Positions 1 to 9,376 of a stretch of 64,000 nucleotides of DNA are shown here, one piece after another. The position numbers were made by a program, and so were the translations under genes. How positions within the stretch are numbered: the first letter of the stretch is position 1; each line of letters opens with the position of its first letter. Origin of the DNA: Sphaerodactylus townsendi (lineage: Eukaryota); contig NC_059425.1 of assembly GCF_021028975.2 (NCBI RefSeq), positions 96,906,001 to 96,970,000 of the forward strand, read 5' to 3'. Below the pieces are notes generated by a model. That model did no database searches. It was not told where the DNA came from and saw nothing but the letters and a program-made list of their open reading frames with translations.

Positions 1-93
1 TTCCTCCTTGTGTGGGGACTCAGGTTCAGCAGAGCTTGGGTTACCAGGCACCTTCAGGAAGCTTGGCTCCTTCGATGGCTGCGGGCCCAGTAG

Positions 94-1110
94 TTCAGGG
101 TCCAGAGTTGGCAGGCTCTTCCAACTGGAGTCCAGAGTTGGCAGTCAGGGCCCAGTAGTTCAGGGTCCAGAGTAGGCAGTCAGACTGGAGGGGTACGAGC
201 CAGAGCCAGACGCAGGGGGAAGAAGGCCTCTCGTCGTTCTCATTGGTCCCCTAGCTCGTCCTCATCGGGTGAGTCTACAGATGAGGAGTCCGCCCAGGCA
301 GCAGGGGACTATTGGGAGAGAGGGGGAAAGGTGCCAGCTCTTCCCCTGTGGATCACTCAAAGGAGAAAAGGGGAGCTTGCAGTGGAGGACAGTGCCAGGA
401 ATGCGGGGGCTTCAGCCTTCTGCTCGGCATGGGATCTTGGAGACCCTCCAGGCTCCCATTTGACGAGAAAACTGAGAGAAAGAGCCCTGGACGGGTACTA
501 CGTGGACCTCTTCACGGTTTTGCGGCCGGAAGAGGATCCTGAAGAGTCTGGTTCCCGTTCGGCCAGAAGGAAAAGGGAACGCCCGGAAAAAGCTGAGCGT
601 TCCTTTGACAACTGGTCGAAAGGGTTTGCAGAATATATGGCCCTAATAGGAGCCGCTTACCCTTTAAGGGCTTGGCACCTAGCTGCTCATTGGGCCAATG
701 TTCTGAAGGCCCGGTCCCTATCAGGGGATGCAGCGGCCATGAAGTACGATGAAGCATTTCGTAAGAGTGCATCGCATCGTCCTGGGTGCAGGTGGGATCT
801 CATCCACGATCAAACGTGGATGACAAATGTTATTAAAATTACTCCTAGTGGGGCTGAGGGGCTGAGAAGAAAAGGGACTGGTCAGAGGGATCCTCCCCGT
901 CTTGCCTGCTGGGCCTTTAACCAAGGTTCCTGTAGGAAAGACAAGTGCAGATTTGAGCATAGCTGTTCTAGGTGCTTTGGAGCTCACACCAGGATACAAT
1001 GCCCACAACTGGCTTGGCCTCCCTTTCAACGTGGCCGGAACCCTGGCTCCGGCGGCTCTAAGAAGGACAGTGGTGGCCAGGGAGGATCCTTCCCCATCCA
1101 GAAGGCCTGA
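94..1110 (+). CDS. Gag-like ORF1 of the YR retrotransposon (C-terminal part) with CCCH/CCHC zinc-finger cluster
   Basis: Frame 1 is open from 94 (after TAG 91-93) to TGA at 1110. It contains YDEAFR..RWD followed by CWAFNQGSCRKDKCRFEHSCSRCFGAHTRIQC, typical of Ngaro/DIRS ORF1. Upstream continuity is broken by a 65-nt duplication. Confidence 0.85.
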   Translation, partial: FRVQSWQALPTGVQSWQSGPSSSGSRVGSQTGGVRARARRRGKKASRRSHWSPSSSSSGESTDEESAQAAGDYWERGGKVPALPLWITQRRKGELAVEDSARNAGASAFCSAWDLGDPPGSHLTRKLRERALDGYYVDLFTVLRPEEDPEESGSRSARRKRERPEKAERSFDNWSKGFAEYMALIGAAYPLRAWHLAAHWANVLKARSLSGDAAAMKYDEAFRKSASHRPGCRWDLIHDQTWMTNVIKITPSGAEGLRRKGTGQRDPPRLACWAFNQGSCRKDKCRFEHSCSRCFGAHTRIQCPQLAWPPFQRGRNPGSGGSKKDSGGQGGSFPIQKA

Positions 1111-1120
1111 AGTCCCGTAG

Positions 1121-2729
1121 GTTTTGCAGCGTCTCGCCCCTTCCCCGGTGCGTGTACAGCCTTTATGCCAGTGGCTAGAAAGGTATCTGGGTCAAGAAGA
1201 CGCACAGTATTTAAAGGAAGGATTTCAATTGGGCTTTCAAATCCCCTTTTCAGGGAGCAGGGTGGCAACCTCAGCTCCCAACTTAAAATCAGCCAGGGAA
1301 ATGCCTGTGGTAGTGGCTGCCAAGATTGCAAAGGAATGCTTGGCAGGTAGAATCGTAGGTCCCTTCGCAGAGCCTCCGTTACCCAACCTTAGGGTTTCCC
1401 CCATTGGGGTGGTCCCCAAGAAGGCCCCAGGGGAGTATAGGATGATCCAGCATTTGTCCTACCCCGCAGGGCGGGTCAGTGAACGACTTTATCGACCCGG
1501 GCATTTGCTCGGTCCGGTATGCCACTTTGGATGAGGCAGTGAGTCTCATCCGGGAGGTGGGAACAGCCTCGCTGTTAGCGAAATGTGATATACAGTCAGC
1601 TTTTCGGCTGCTGCCCATACACCCCAGGGACTTTGAACTTTTAGGCTTTCAATTTGGTGGACATTGGTATGTCGACAAATGCATGCCCATGGGATGCTCT
1701 ATAGCTTGCGCAGCCTTCGAAAAATTTAGCACCTTTTTGGAATGGGCGATCAAGGATCGCATGCCATCAACAAAAGTCACTCATTATCTTGATGATTGTT
1801 TATTTGTAGGTGCAGCTGGCACTGACGAATGTGTGGTGATGTTGTCAGCTTTTCAGGACTTGGCGGCCGAGCTAGGGGTCCCTTTGGCGGCTGACAAGAC
1901 TGAAGGGCCCGTGTCTTGTTTAACCTACTTAGGAATTCAGTTAGACATGGTAGCAGGAACATCTTCCCTGCCCCTCGACAAGCTGACAATACTACGCACA
2001 TTGATTGGAGACACCTGTGCAAAAAAGAAGTGCAAGTTGCGGGAAATACAGTCCCTGCTCGGGCACCTTAATTTTGCCTGCAGGGTGGTCTCCCTGGGAA
2101 GGGCCTTTTGTTCCCGCCTTGCCAGGGTCATGGCGGGCCACTCAGTCCCCCATCATCACATCAGGGTGACTTCAGGTCTTCGTCAAGACCTAGGGGTATG
2201 GTTACGTTTCCTGGAGCATTATAACGGGGTTTCCTTTTGGCAAGTTCCTTGGAAGCTTCAAGATAGTTTTCAGGTTCACACTGATGCAGCTGGTTCCATA
2301 GGTTTTGGTATTTATTTTAGGGGCCAGTGGTGTGCAGGGGAGTGGCCACCAGCGTGGACTCAGACCGGAATTTTGCGGGACATGACTTTTCTGGAGTTGT
2401 TCCCTCTGGTGGCTGCGGTTCACATCTCGAAGGAAGTGTTTCGCGACCATGCAGTTAAATTCTGGTGTGACAACCAGGCTGTGGTCAGGGTGGTAAACTG
2501 GCAGTCCAGCCGGTCTGAGCGAGTGATGTGGCTAGTAAGAGAATTTGTAATGGTATGCCTGACTAACAACATCTCTTTTAAAGCTGTTTTCCTGCCAGGT
2601 ATAACTAACAGTATAGCTGACGCTTTGTCTCGTCATCAGGTCAGCCGCTTTCGCTCCCTAGCTCCCGATGCCAGCCAGTTTCCGGAGAGGTGTCCAGACC
2701 ATCTGTGGTGTCTTGGCGGCAGTCAATAG
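1121..2729 (+). pseudogene. Reverse transcriptase / RNase H ORF with a single 1-nt frameshift near 1469-1474
   Basis: ORFs 1124..1534 and 1479..2729 join as SPIGVVPKK..YRMIQHLSYPAG/GSVND. RT motifs are KCDIQSAFRLLPI, PMG and YLDD. RNase H motifs are TDAAG, ELFP, WCDN and NSIADALSR. Confidence 0.92.
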
Positions 2730-3622
2730 CCGAAGGTGTCTTGCAGTCACTGGCTCCAGCTACTCATCGCGCGTATGAAGGGGCTCTGAGCACCTTCTTT
2801 GCTTTTGCGGCATCCATCGGCGAGCCTGTCCGTCAGGGGATTGCTAAGGACTTGGTGCTCCAGTACCTGGTTGATCTAAGGGACCGTCGAATGGCTGCTC
2901 GGACTATGAAGGTCCATTTGACGGCCATATCCTTTTTTAGCCAGGCCCTGGGAATCACCGACCATTCCCACTGTTTTGAAGCTCAAAGAGCCGTGGCTGG
3001 ATGGCAGCGCGCTTCCCCCAGGCCACAAGACAGTAGGCGGCCCATTACGAAGGAGCTCCTGGGAACTCTACTTGATGCCACAGACTCAGTTTGTGACTCT
3101 GCCTATGAGGCTACGCTATTCCAAGCCTTATTTACTTTGGCCTTTTATGGGGCCTTTCGGTGTAGCGAGCTAGTTGCCCCATCCACTACATCATTGGCTC
3201 CTATGGCTCTGCAAAGGGTCGATGTGTCCTTGGTGGATGGGAACTTGCTTATATGGCTGGCGGGGTCCAAAACTGACCAGCGTCGTCGGGGAACGAGAGT
3301 AACATTGTCCCCCTCCCCACCAGGGTCACCTTGTCCAGTGGTTCGCATGGCTGCATTTTTGGCTGTCCGTCCTGATGGGCAGGGTCCACTGTTCATCCAT
3401 AGCGATGGATTAGCAGTGTCCAGATACCAATTTACAGTGGTTCTGCGGCATTGCTTACAATTTTTGGGCCTCCCTGCTGAACAGTTTGGTTCCCACTCCT
3501 TTCGAATCGGAGCGGCAACCACAGCCTCTCAGGAGGGCCACTCTGCAGCTGAGATTCAGGCTATAGGCCGCTGGAGGTCTTTGGCCTATCGTGTGTATGT
3601 CCGGCCTCACCTTTTGTTGTAA
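2690..3622 (+). CDS. Tyrosine recombinase (phage-integrase family) of the YR retrotransposon
   Basis: Catalytic residues are in order: R (FYGAFRCSEL), K (SKTDQ), HxxR (HSFRIGAAT), W (GRWRS) and Y (YRVYVR). The ORF overlaps the RNase H end by 40 nt. The true start codon is uncertain. Confidence 0.93.
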   Translation: MSRPSVVSWRQSIAEGVLQSLAPATHRAYEGALSTFFAFAASIGEPVRQGIAKDLVLQYLVDLRDRRMAARTMKVHLTAISFFSQALGITDHSHCFEAQRAVAGWQRASPRPQDSRRPITKELLGTLLDATDSVCDSAYEATLFQALFTLAFYGAFRCSELVAPSTTSLAPMALQRVDVSLVDGNLLIWLAGSKTDQRRRGTRVTLSPSPPGSPCPVVRMAAFLAVRPDGQGPLFIHSDGLAVSRYQFTVVLRHCLQFLGLPAEQFGSHSFRIGAATTASQEGHSAAEIQAIGRWRSLAYRVYVRPHLLL

Positions 3623-3638
3623 CTCTGTTCTTTTATAG
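3623..3638 (+). promoter_or_regulatory. Candidate 3' splice acceptor for the hydrolase ORF
   Basis: ctctgttcttttatAG: a polypyrimidine tract plus AG (3637-3638) between the YR stop codon and the hydrolase domain. Confidence 0.55.
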
Positions 3639-3643
3639 TTCCG

Positions 3644-4240
3644 GTGGCCCGTCGTTACCAAGTTTGGCTGGTTGGCCACAGTATAGTGCACTGGGCCGGG
3701 CGTTACGCAAAGAAGTCTGGCTGGGGAGAACACCTGGGTCTGGACACCTCCGTGGACATTCGCTGGCTGGCGAGGCAAGGCATGATGTGGCCTACTCTAC
3801 TCCTCCGGTTGCGGAACTCCATTCTTCAATTCGGCTTCCCTGATGCAATGGTAATACAACTGGGGGAAAATGACATTTCCTCTTCCAAGGGAGTAGCGTT
3901 GCAGAACTCCATGAGGGATGACTTGAAGTTGATCCACTGCAAGATGCCGAAGACCAAGCTGTTCTGGTCGTGCTTACTAGAGCGGAGGACTTGGAGGAAT
4001 GCCGTGGCTCCGGCCAGAGTTAATAAAACCAGGTCTAAACTGTGTCGGTCCGCAGCCCAGTTGGTAATGAACATGGGAAAGGATGTTATTCCCCATGTTG
4101 ATTTATCTCATGCTTTACCAGCATTGTTTTTGCCCGATGGAGTCCACTTATCGGATTGGGGCCAGGACATCTGGTTACATGATGTCTGTCATGCTCTGCT
4201 GCAGTGTGCTTTCGCGGGTTCAAGCACTCGAGCTGGCTGA
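3644..4240 (+). CDS. SGNH/GDSL-family hydrolase (esterase-like) accessory ORF
   Basis: Block I is VWLVGHS (Ser), block II Gly is in RQGMMW, block III is QLGEND and block V is DGVH. There is no ATG upstream of the catalytic Ser. Confidence 0.85.
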   Translation: MARRYQVWLVGHSIVHWAGRYAKKSGWGEHLGLDTSVDIRWLARQGMMWPTLLLRLRNSILQFGFPDAMVIQLGENDISSSKGVALQNSMRDDLKLIHCKMPKTKLFWSCLLERRTWRNAVAPARVNKTRSKLCRSAAQLVMNMGKDVIPHVDLSHALPALFLPDGVHLSDWGQDIWLHDVCHALLQCAFAGSSTRAG

Positions 4241-4718
4241 GAACTGGTTCTGCTCTGATGCAGTGACTTTGGCGTGCACGCACTGAGCTGTGTGACTCTG
4301 GGCTTCTTACAAGTTGAAGGAAGGAGCTGTTGGTTTAACAACAGCCTCGGTGGCGGTGAAGCATAAGAGCACGATCCTATTTGGGGAAGGCAGTAGCTTG
4401 CGTGCTGAACCTTCCCCACCTCGGGGGCCTCCATATGAGGTCTGTGGTAGCGATAGAGCTCTTGTAAACAAAGCCTTGGGGCCGTGCTGAGAGCTCACTG
4501 CCCCGCAGGGAGGGGTGTCACAAATTGGGTTTGCGTCCATGTGGCATCTAGTAACTTCCTGTTCCAGTTCCCTTGGGGGATGTGCCGGACAGGGGTTCTG
4601 TCCGAAGGGCCTAAGGGGTCAGCTTGGGCTGCCCTATAACCAGGTTCAGCGGTTTGCTACCTGGGGGCCAGGATGTGCTCTGTTATGCTCGCCCAGCTTC
4701 AAGGTTTTGGTTATGTTA

Positions 4719-4724
4719 AATAAA
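4719..4724 (+). promoter_or_regulatory. Polyadenylation signal of the retrotransposon
   Basis: AATAAA followed ~35 nt later by the GT-rich tract gtatgtgttagtgtttttggttgg. Confidence 0.55.
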
Positions 4725-5095
4725 ATTTGGGCTGCGGCCGATTTATTTCCAACAAGTATGTGTTAGTGTTTTTGGTTGGAATGAGTCTCCACACATTCCC
4801 ATGCAATATGACTTGCACTCCTTAGCTAACTATTATGTACCTGAAATTCATTTCACTATCTATTGTGAAAAACCACATTATGCACTTACTTTGAGAGTCA
4901 TGGGGGAGGCGCCAGAGGGTGATTTTCCATCCCTCCAGGTGTGCGCTCGGTGCGCTCGGTGTGCAATGCACCCTTGCCACTCTGCCACTGGTGCCCAGGG
5001 CATTTCCCTGGATGTCCCCATGGGAGCTTCGCCACTGCTTTCAAGCTCACCTATATGCAATATGAGAATAATGCTGGCTTAACTTACATAGGCCC

Positions 5096-5300
5096 TGACC
5101 TAGATAGCCCAGACTAGCCTGATCTTGTCAAATATCAGAAGCAAAGCAGGGTCATCCTACTTAGTGTTTGAATGGGCCTCAAGGAAGTCCAGAGTCACAA
5201 TACAACAACAGGCAATGGCAAATTACCTCTGAACGTCTCTTACCTTGAAAACCCTTTTGGGTCATCATAACTCGGCAGTGACTTGATGGCCTTTCTACCA
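5096..5300 (+). mobile_element. 5S rRNA-derived SINE (5S head plus Sauria/RTE-type tail)
   Basis: cctgatcttgtcaaatatcagaagcaaagcagggtc..ttagtgtttgaatggg aligns by eye to the 5S rRNA internal promoter region. It is followed by the ggcaatggcaaa.acctctg..ccttgaaaaccc tail. Confidence 0.75.
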
Positions 5301-6829
5301 CTACCTTTAGGGATGGTATAAGACATCTAAGGACATGGACTGGATTTAAGTTGGTTTCAGCTTTAGTTTTAGCAGTAAAACTGGAGTCGTGTGATATTGA
5401 AAACCACAGTAAAACTGGAGTAGTGTAATACTGTAATATTGAAAACCACCTGCTAAATATTGATGATTTACCATCCTTGGATAATGAAGCCACAGAAACA
5501 GCTGCTGGATCACCCAGTCTGTTCAACCAAAACAAAATCTTTAAAATGGAGCACTATCTGTTATTGGGTATGGGGGTTTAGGATTGCATTTGTTGTTCAG
5601 CGTGCCAGGTGGATAGTGCTGTGCTCTAATGGTGAAGAGAACTCTTGCCTTCCACACAACAAGGAATAATTCACTATCTTGGCTGCAGCCTGCACAGCAA
5701 ATGCAAGCTCAGTCAAGTGTAAGACTACCACAGAGGCTTGCTTGTATGTGTCTGCTTCCGATGATTTGTCTGCGGCACATAATTGTCTAAGTTGCTTAGT
5801 GTAGGTTGGTAAGAGATCAATTGAAGTTAGAAAGTTCAGAGGCCACTTAAGAAGCAATGTTCTCCCTTTTATCTGCTGGGCTGTTGTGATAAATGTTAAT
5901 GTGAAAGTACTTTACTTGAGGCTAGGGAGAAGGGGGGTTGTACAAATGAACACAGAAGTTTTTAACTGCACTTATGAAATCCATGAATGTCATTTTTACA
6001 AGATCAGGGATTGACTGGCTGCGGAATACATGCAGATCATAGGAAGGACCTACCATCATGATCTCTCCTCAAGAATGTGTTTGGTCTATTCATAAGTTTT
6101 TTCCCCATTATATGTCACCATTGTTCTGGAATTGTTTTTGCATTTCACTCTTCTTAAGTGGTTTAACTAGAATTTCTGGCATTGGAATATGAGCAGCTCT
6201 GCCATAGCTTCAGTTTCTTGTGTTCATTTCCCCTCTTTTAGTTACTAATGCCACCTAGGGTGAAAACTGGAAATGCATGTGTCAAGGTGACACTCTAGCG
6301 CATTGATCCAAAACTCTATGGTTTTACTTAAGGGGAATGCCAACTTCCCCCACTTTCCCTTTGCTACTGCTTGCAAGCGCTTCCAATGGGAGGTCTTCAG
6401 GGAGAGGGGAGGGTTACCAAGTTTCCTACTGTAGCAGGAAACTTCTTACCAGCCATTTCTTGACACCTGTCACTGCTTGGTAGAATGACGGAAGAAATAA
6501 GGACAAAATCACCACTGCATTGATAGTGTGATGTAATTTCCAGGGTGATTATTTATCATATATCATTATTTCGTATTTCAGAGCAATTCAATCAAATGTT
6601 TATTCATCAGTCCATTTAAAATCTTAGTATCTTAAAATATAAATACAATTTTTAAAATATAGTACTAATGCATATTTATAAATCAATTTCAAGCTTTTCC
6701 AAATATCGCTGTGCTGTGCTGTTTCTGTTAAAGAAAATCTGATATAAGTGTTGAGTATAACATCAGTGAACACACCTTTACTATATGGGTTACTGTTTGT
6801 TTAGGGTGTCCACATTGACAGTTGGGTTT

Positions 6830-7060
6830 TTTTCCAGAAGCTTGTAAGGTATACTAAGCAGGACAATGGGACAATAACTTTCTGCTTTCTCAGCAGGTTT
6901 GTCTGACTTCAAAATTGCTGCAATTTTTGACATTTTAAATCCATTAGGTAATCTGCTTGTTCAACGAAGTCCGAGAAAAACCAACTTTATCCTCACTGCT
7001 TCTAAGAAATGCAGGGAATATGCTATCATTACCACATGCTTTCCCAATTTTAAGTTTTTC
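6830..7060 (-). mobile_element. Old non-LTR RT fragment (Vingi/I-like)
   Basis: The minus strand reads RLPNGFKMSKIAAILKSDKPAEKAESYCPIVLLSIPYKLLEK, the K.GK....YRPISLL..YK.LE motif of LINE RTs. Confidence 0.7.
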
Positions 7061-8132
7061 CTCAGCTTTATTTACCGCCTCTATGGTCACTAGGCCATTG
7101 TATTTTTATTATTTGAGGTTGTAAATTTTAAATATTTTAATTTCTTTCAAATCATCTTCATATGTATCATCTAGTGGCCTTGAAGTTTACATTATATGTT
7201 TAGCTATGACATTTGAGTGGATTTCTGCTGTTTGTTTTCGACAGAGCTGACCAGTTGTAAGCCTGGGAAGAGTATGCCAAGCCTTTCAGCTTGAATGGGT
7301 GAAATTCATATTGTCAACCTTCTCTCTCCATTTTACTCTTCTATTTTCACTCAGAGTGGTAAGTAATTCTTTGCTATATTTTCAATGCAGGATGAATGCA
7401 GAAGTGACATTACACTATTCTATGATTCACCAAAAGCTGTGTGCTAAAACCATAGATTTTCCACTGAATCCTAGAGTGGCATGATATCATTTCTGAGTTC
7501 AACCTGGAAATTGCGTCATTCTGTAAACATGATGAAACTATCGATATCCCCACTCTCCAGTCTCCTACTGGGTACCAGCCATTGGCTGGCAAACCTAGGG
7601 CAAGGGGCAGGGTTCGCAAACAGTCTTGCAGATGGGGAACATTCAATCTAGATAAGTTGTGTAGAAATTCAGTTTATCTAGATATATTAAAAAGGCTAGA
7701 AAGAAAGAATGTTGTAATGGGCGATACTTGCAACATTGCAAAGCAAGTCCAAATCTATCAATCAGTGTTTAACAGTTACAGATAATACAGCCCCCACTCC
7801 TTGGTCCATAAGGCCCAACCTAACCCAAACCAAGTGGGATGTACTGAAAAGTACAAATACCATCAATGGAATTAAGTGACGATGCTTGTGATAGCAGTTA
7901 GTAATGTCTGTCCTAAAAAGGACAAGTCCTTGCCTTTCCACAACAAGCTTTCACTTCCCCATCACTATTCCAGAGTGGGTTGATGGAAGGGAAGTGACAC
8001 GAAAGATTGCCTGACAGGACAAAGCCCATACCCCATGGTGAATGAGGCCCATATTCAGAGGGATTTGGGCTTGATTTGCAATGTGGTTCAGATTTTGGAG
8101 TGGGGGAATTTGTACCTTTTCCCACTTTGAAG

Positions 8133-8297
8133 CACACATGAAGCTCTTATACTTGAATCAGACCATTGGTGCATCAACATCAGTACTGTCAGGGGCTTTC
8201 CAGGGTCTCAGGTAGAGGTCTTTCACATCACCTACTGCCTGGTCCTTTTTAATTGGAGAGACTGGGTATTAAGCTTAGGAACTCTTCATGCAAAAGC
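8133..8297 (-). mobile_element. tRNA-head / CR1-tail squamate SINE, head truncated
   Basis: Reverse-complement similarity to the copy at 49735-49950, including the acatgaagct..ttatac.tgaatcagacc tail. Confidence 0.65.
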
Positions 8298-8299
8298 GC

Positions 8300-9376
8300 T
8301 GCTGCTCGGGTAACAATAAGTTATTTCAGCTCAGCAACGTAATGAGGCGCAGGAAGCCGATGTTCTTCAAAGCAAAAGGATTTTATTCGCAGGTGATAGT
8401 CACAGCTCGGTCAGGAGAATCGCGCTCTTGCAACCCCGTGCAAGAACTTTTATTCCCAAACTTCAAAAGGGGCAGAGGGGCAGGGAAAAGGGGAGGTGAG
8501 GGGGCAAGTCCGTCACCAAACACCAATAAAAAAACAAACAATACAAAAGCAAGATATAGTTACAACTTCTGAAGGGGATTACAAAATCCCGCTGTCAACC
8601 GTCTTCCGCTGTAAAGATCTCAAAGCAAGAATGGTGCTGAAGGGAGAGCAGATAAGGTCCATTCATAAAATCCAGGTGGGCTCGCTACCACACCCAGCTA
8701 TTTCCTTTATCAGATGGCTGTTTCCTTTCGTAATACCCTGGGGCTCCCGCCTCACATCGTTGCAACAAAGAAGAGTTCAAACTGTCCAATGGTGGTCCCT
8801 GCATGTCTTCCAATGGCTGGGGACCTCTGGGTGCTGGCAACAGATTCGATTTGCAAGTCCAAAGAGGGTATTTGTCTTTGTTAAGGAGTCGGCTGGGTGT
8901 TGGTCTAAGCTGCTTTCCAGAGCCAACTTTCTTGTCCCTTAATATCAGCTTTTACAGACTACTGCTTTTGCTAACAGACACAAATTTCAAAAATAACATT
9001 TCTAAACTTAAACATTAGGGAAACCTTAAGGGATAAATACATATACTTATAAGCACGACTTTCCTAAGTTAACAATAACAGAACCTTAAACTAACTGGAG
9101 AACTTGATCAAACTAAAATCCTAAACAGCAGGCACATCATAAATTCAACTAAAGAGGGGCTTTTATTACATCTAGAAAGGGCGTAAGCAAGAGGGAAACC
9201 ATACAGCATTGGCACAATCATACATATGTGTTCTCTGTGAACCTTATGGAGGCTTCTGAACCACACAAGTCTCTGCGTCCGGGCATGGAACCAATGTAGT
9301 CAGACAACCTGACTCAGGAAAATATTTTGTTTATTTTTCTGGGTGGTAACAAACTCTGCTTCAGATCAGATCAGCA
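8300..9376 (-). mobile_element. Possible solo LTR (ERV-like)
   Basis: Abruptly interrupts the preceding SINE. It has tgctg...cagca termini and minus-strand AATAAA (tttatt) near the left end. No TSD or PBS confirmed. Confidence 0.3.

Larger units (their letters stand above)
1..4792 (+). mobile_element. Tyrosine-recombinase retrotransposon (DIRS order, Ngaro-like); 5' end outside the window
   Basis: Collinear gag-like, RT/RNase H, tyrosine recombinase and SGNH hydrolase ORFs on one strand. They are followed by a ~550-bp GC-rich 3' region with AATAAA (4719-4724) and a GT-rich tract, then an abrupt change to AT-rich host-like DNA near 4792. The 3' boundary is approximate. Confidence 0.92.

Noticed and set aside
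2690-3622. Prophage integrase or bacterial contamination
   Set aside because: The YR overlaps a DIRS/Ngaro-type RT-RNase H, and the element is contiguous with vertebrate SINEs and LINEs.
512-3778. Antisense ORFs within the retrotransposon
   Set aside because: They are shadows of GC-rich sense ORFs with no motifs of their own.
7245-7300. Possible exon after the acceptor tgtttgttttcgacag
   Set aside because: All three frames contain stops and the donor is weak. It can be at most non-coding, and I cannot support it.
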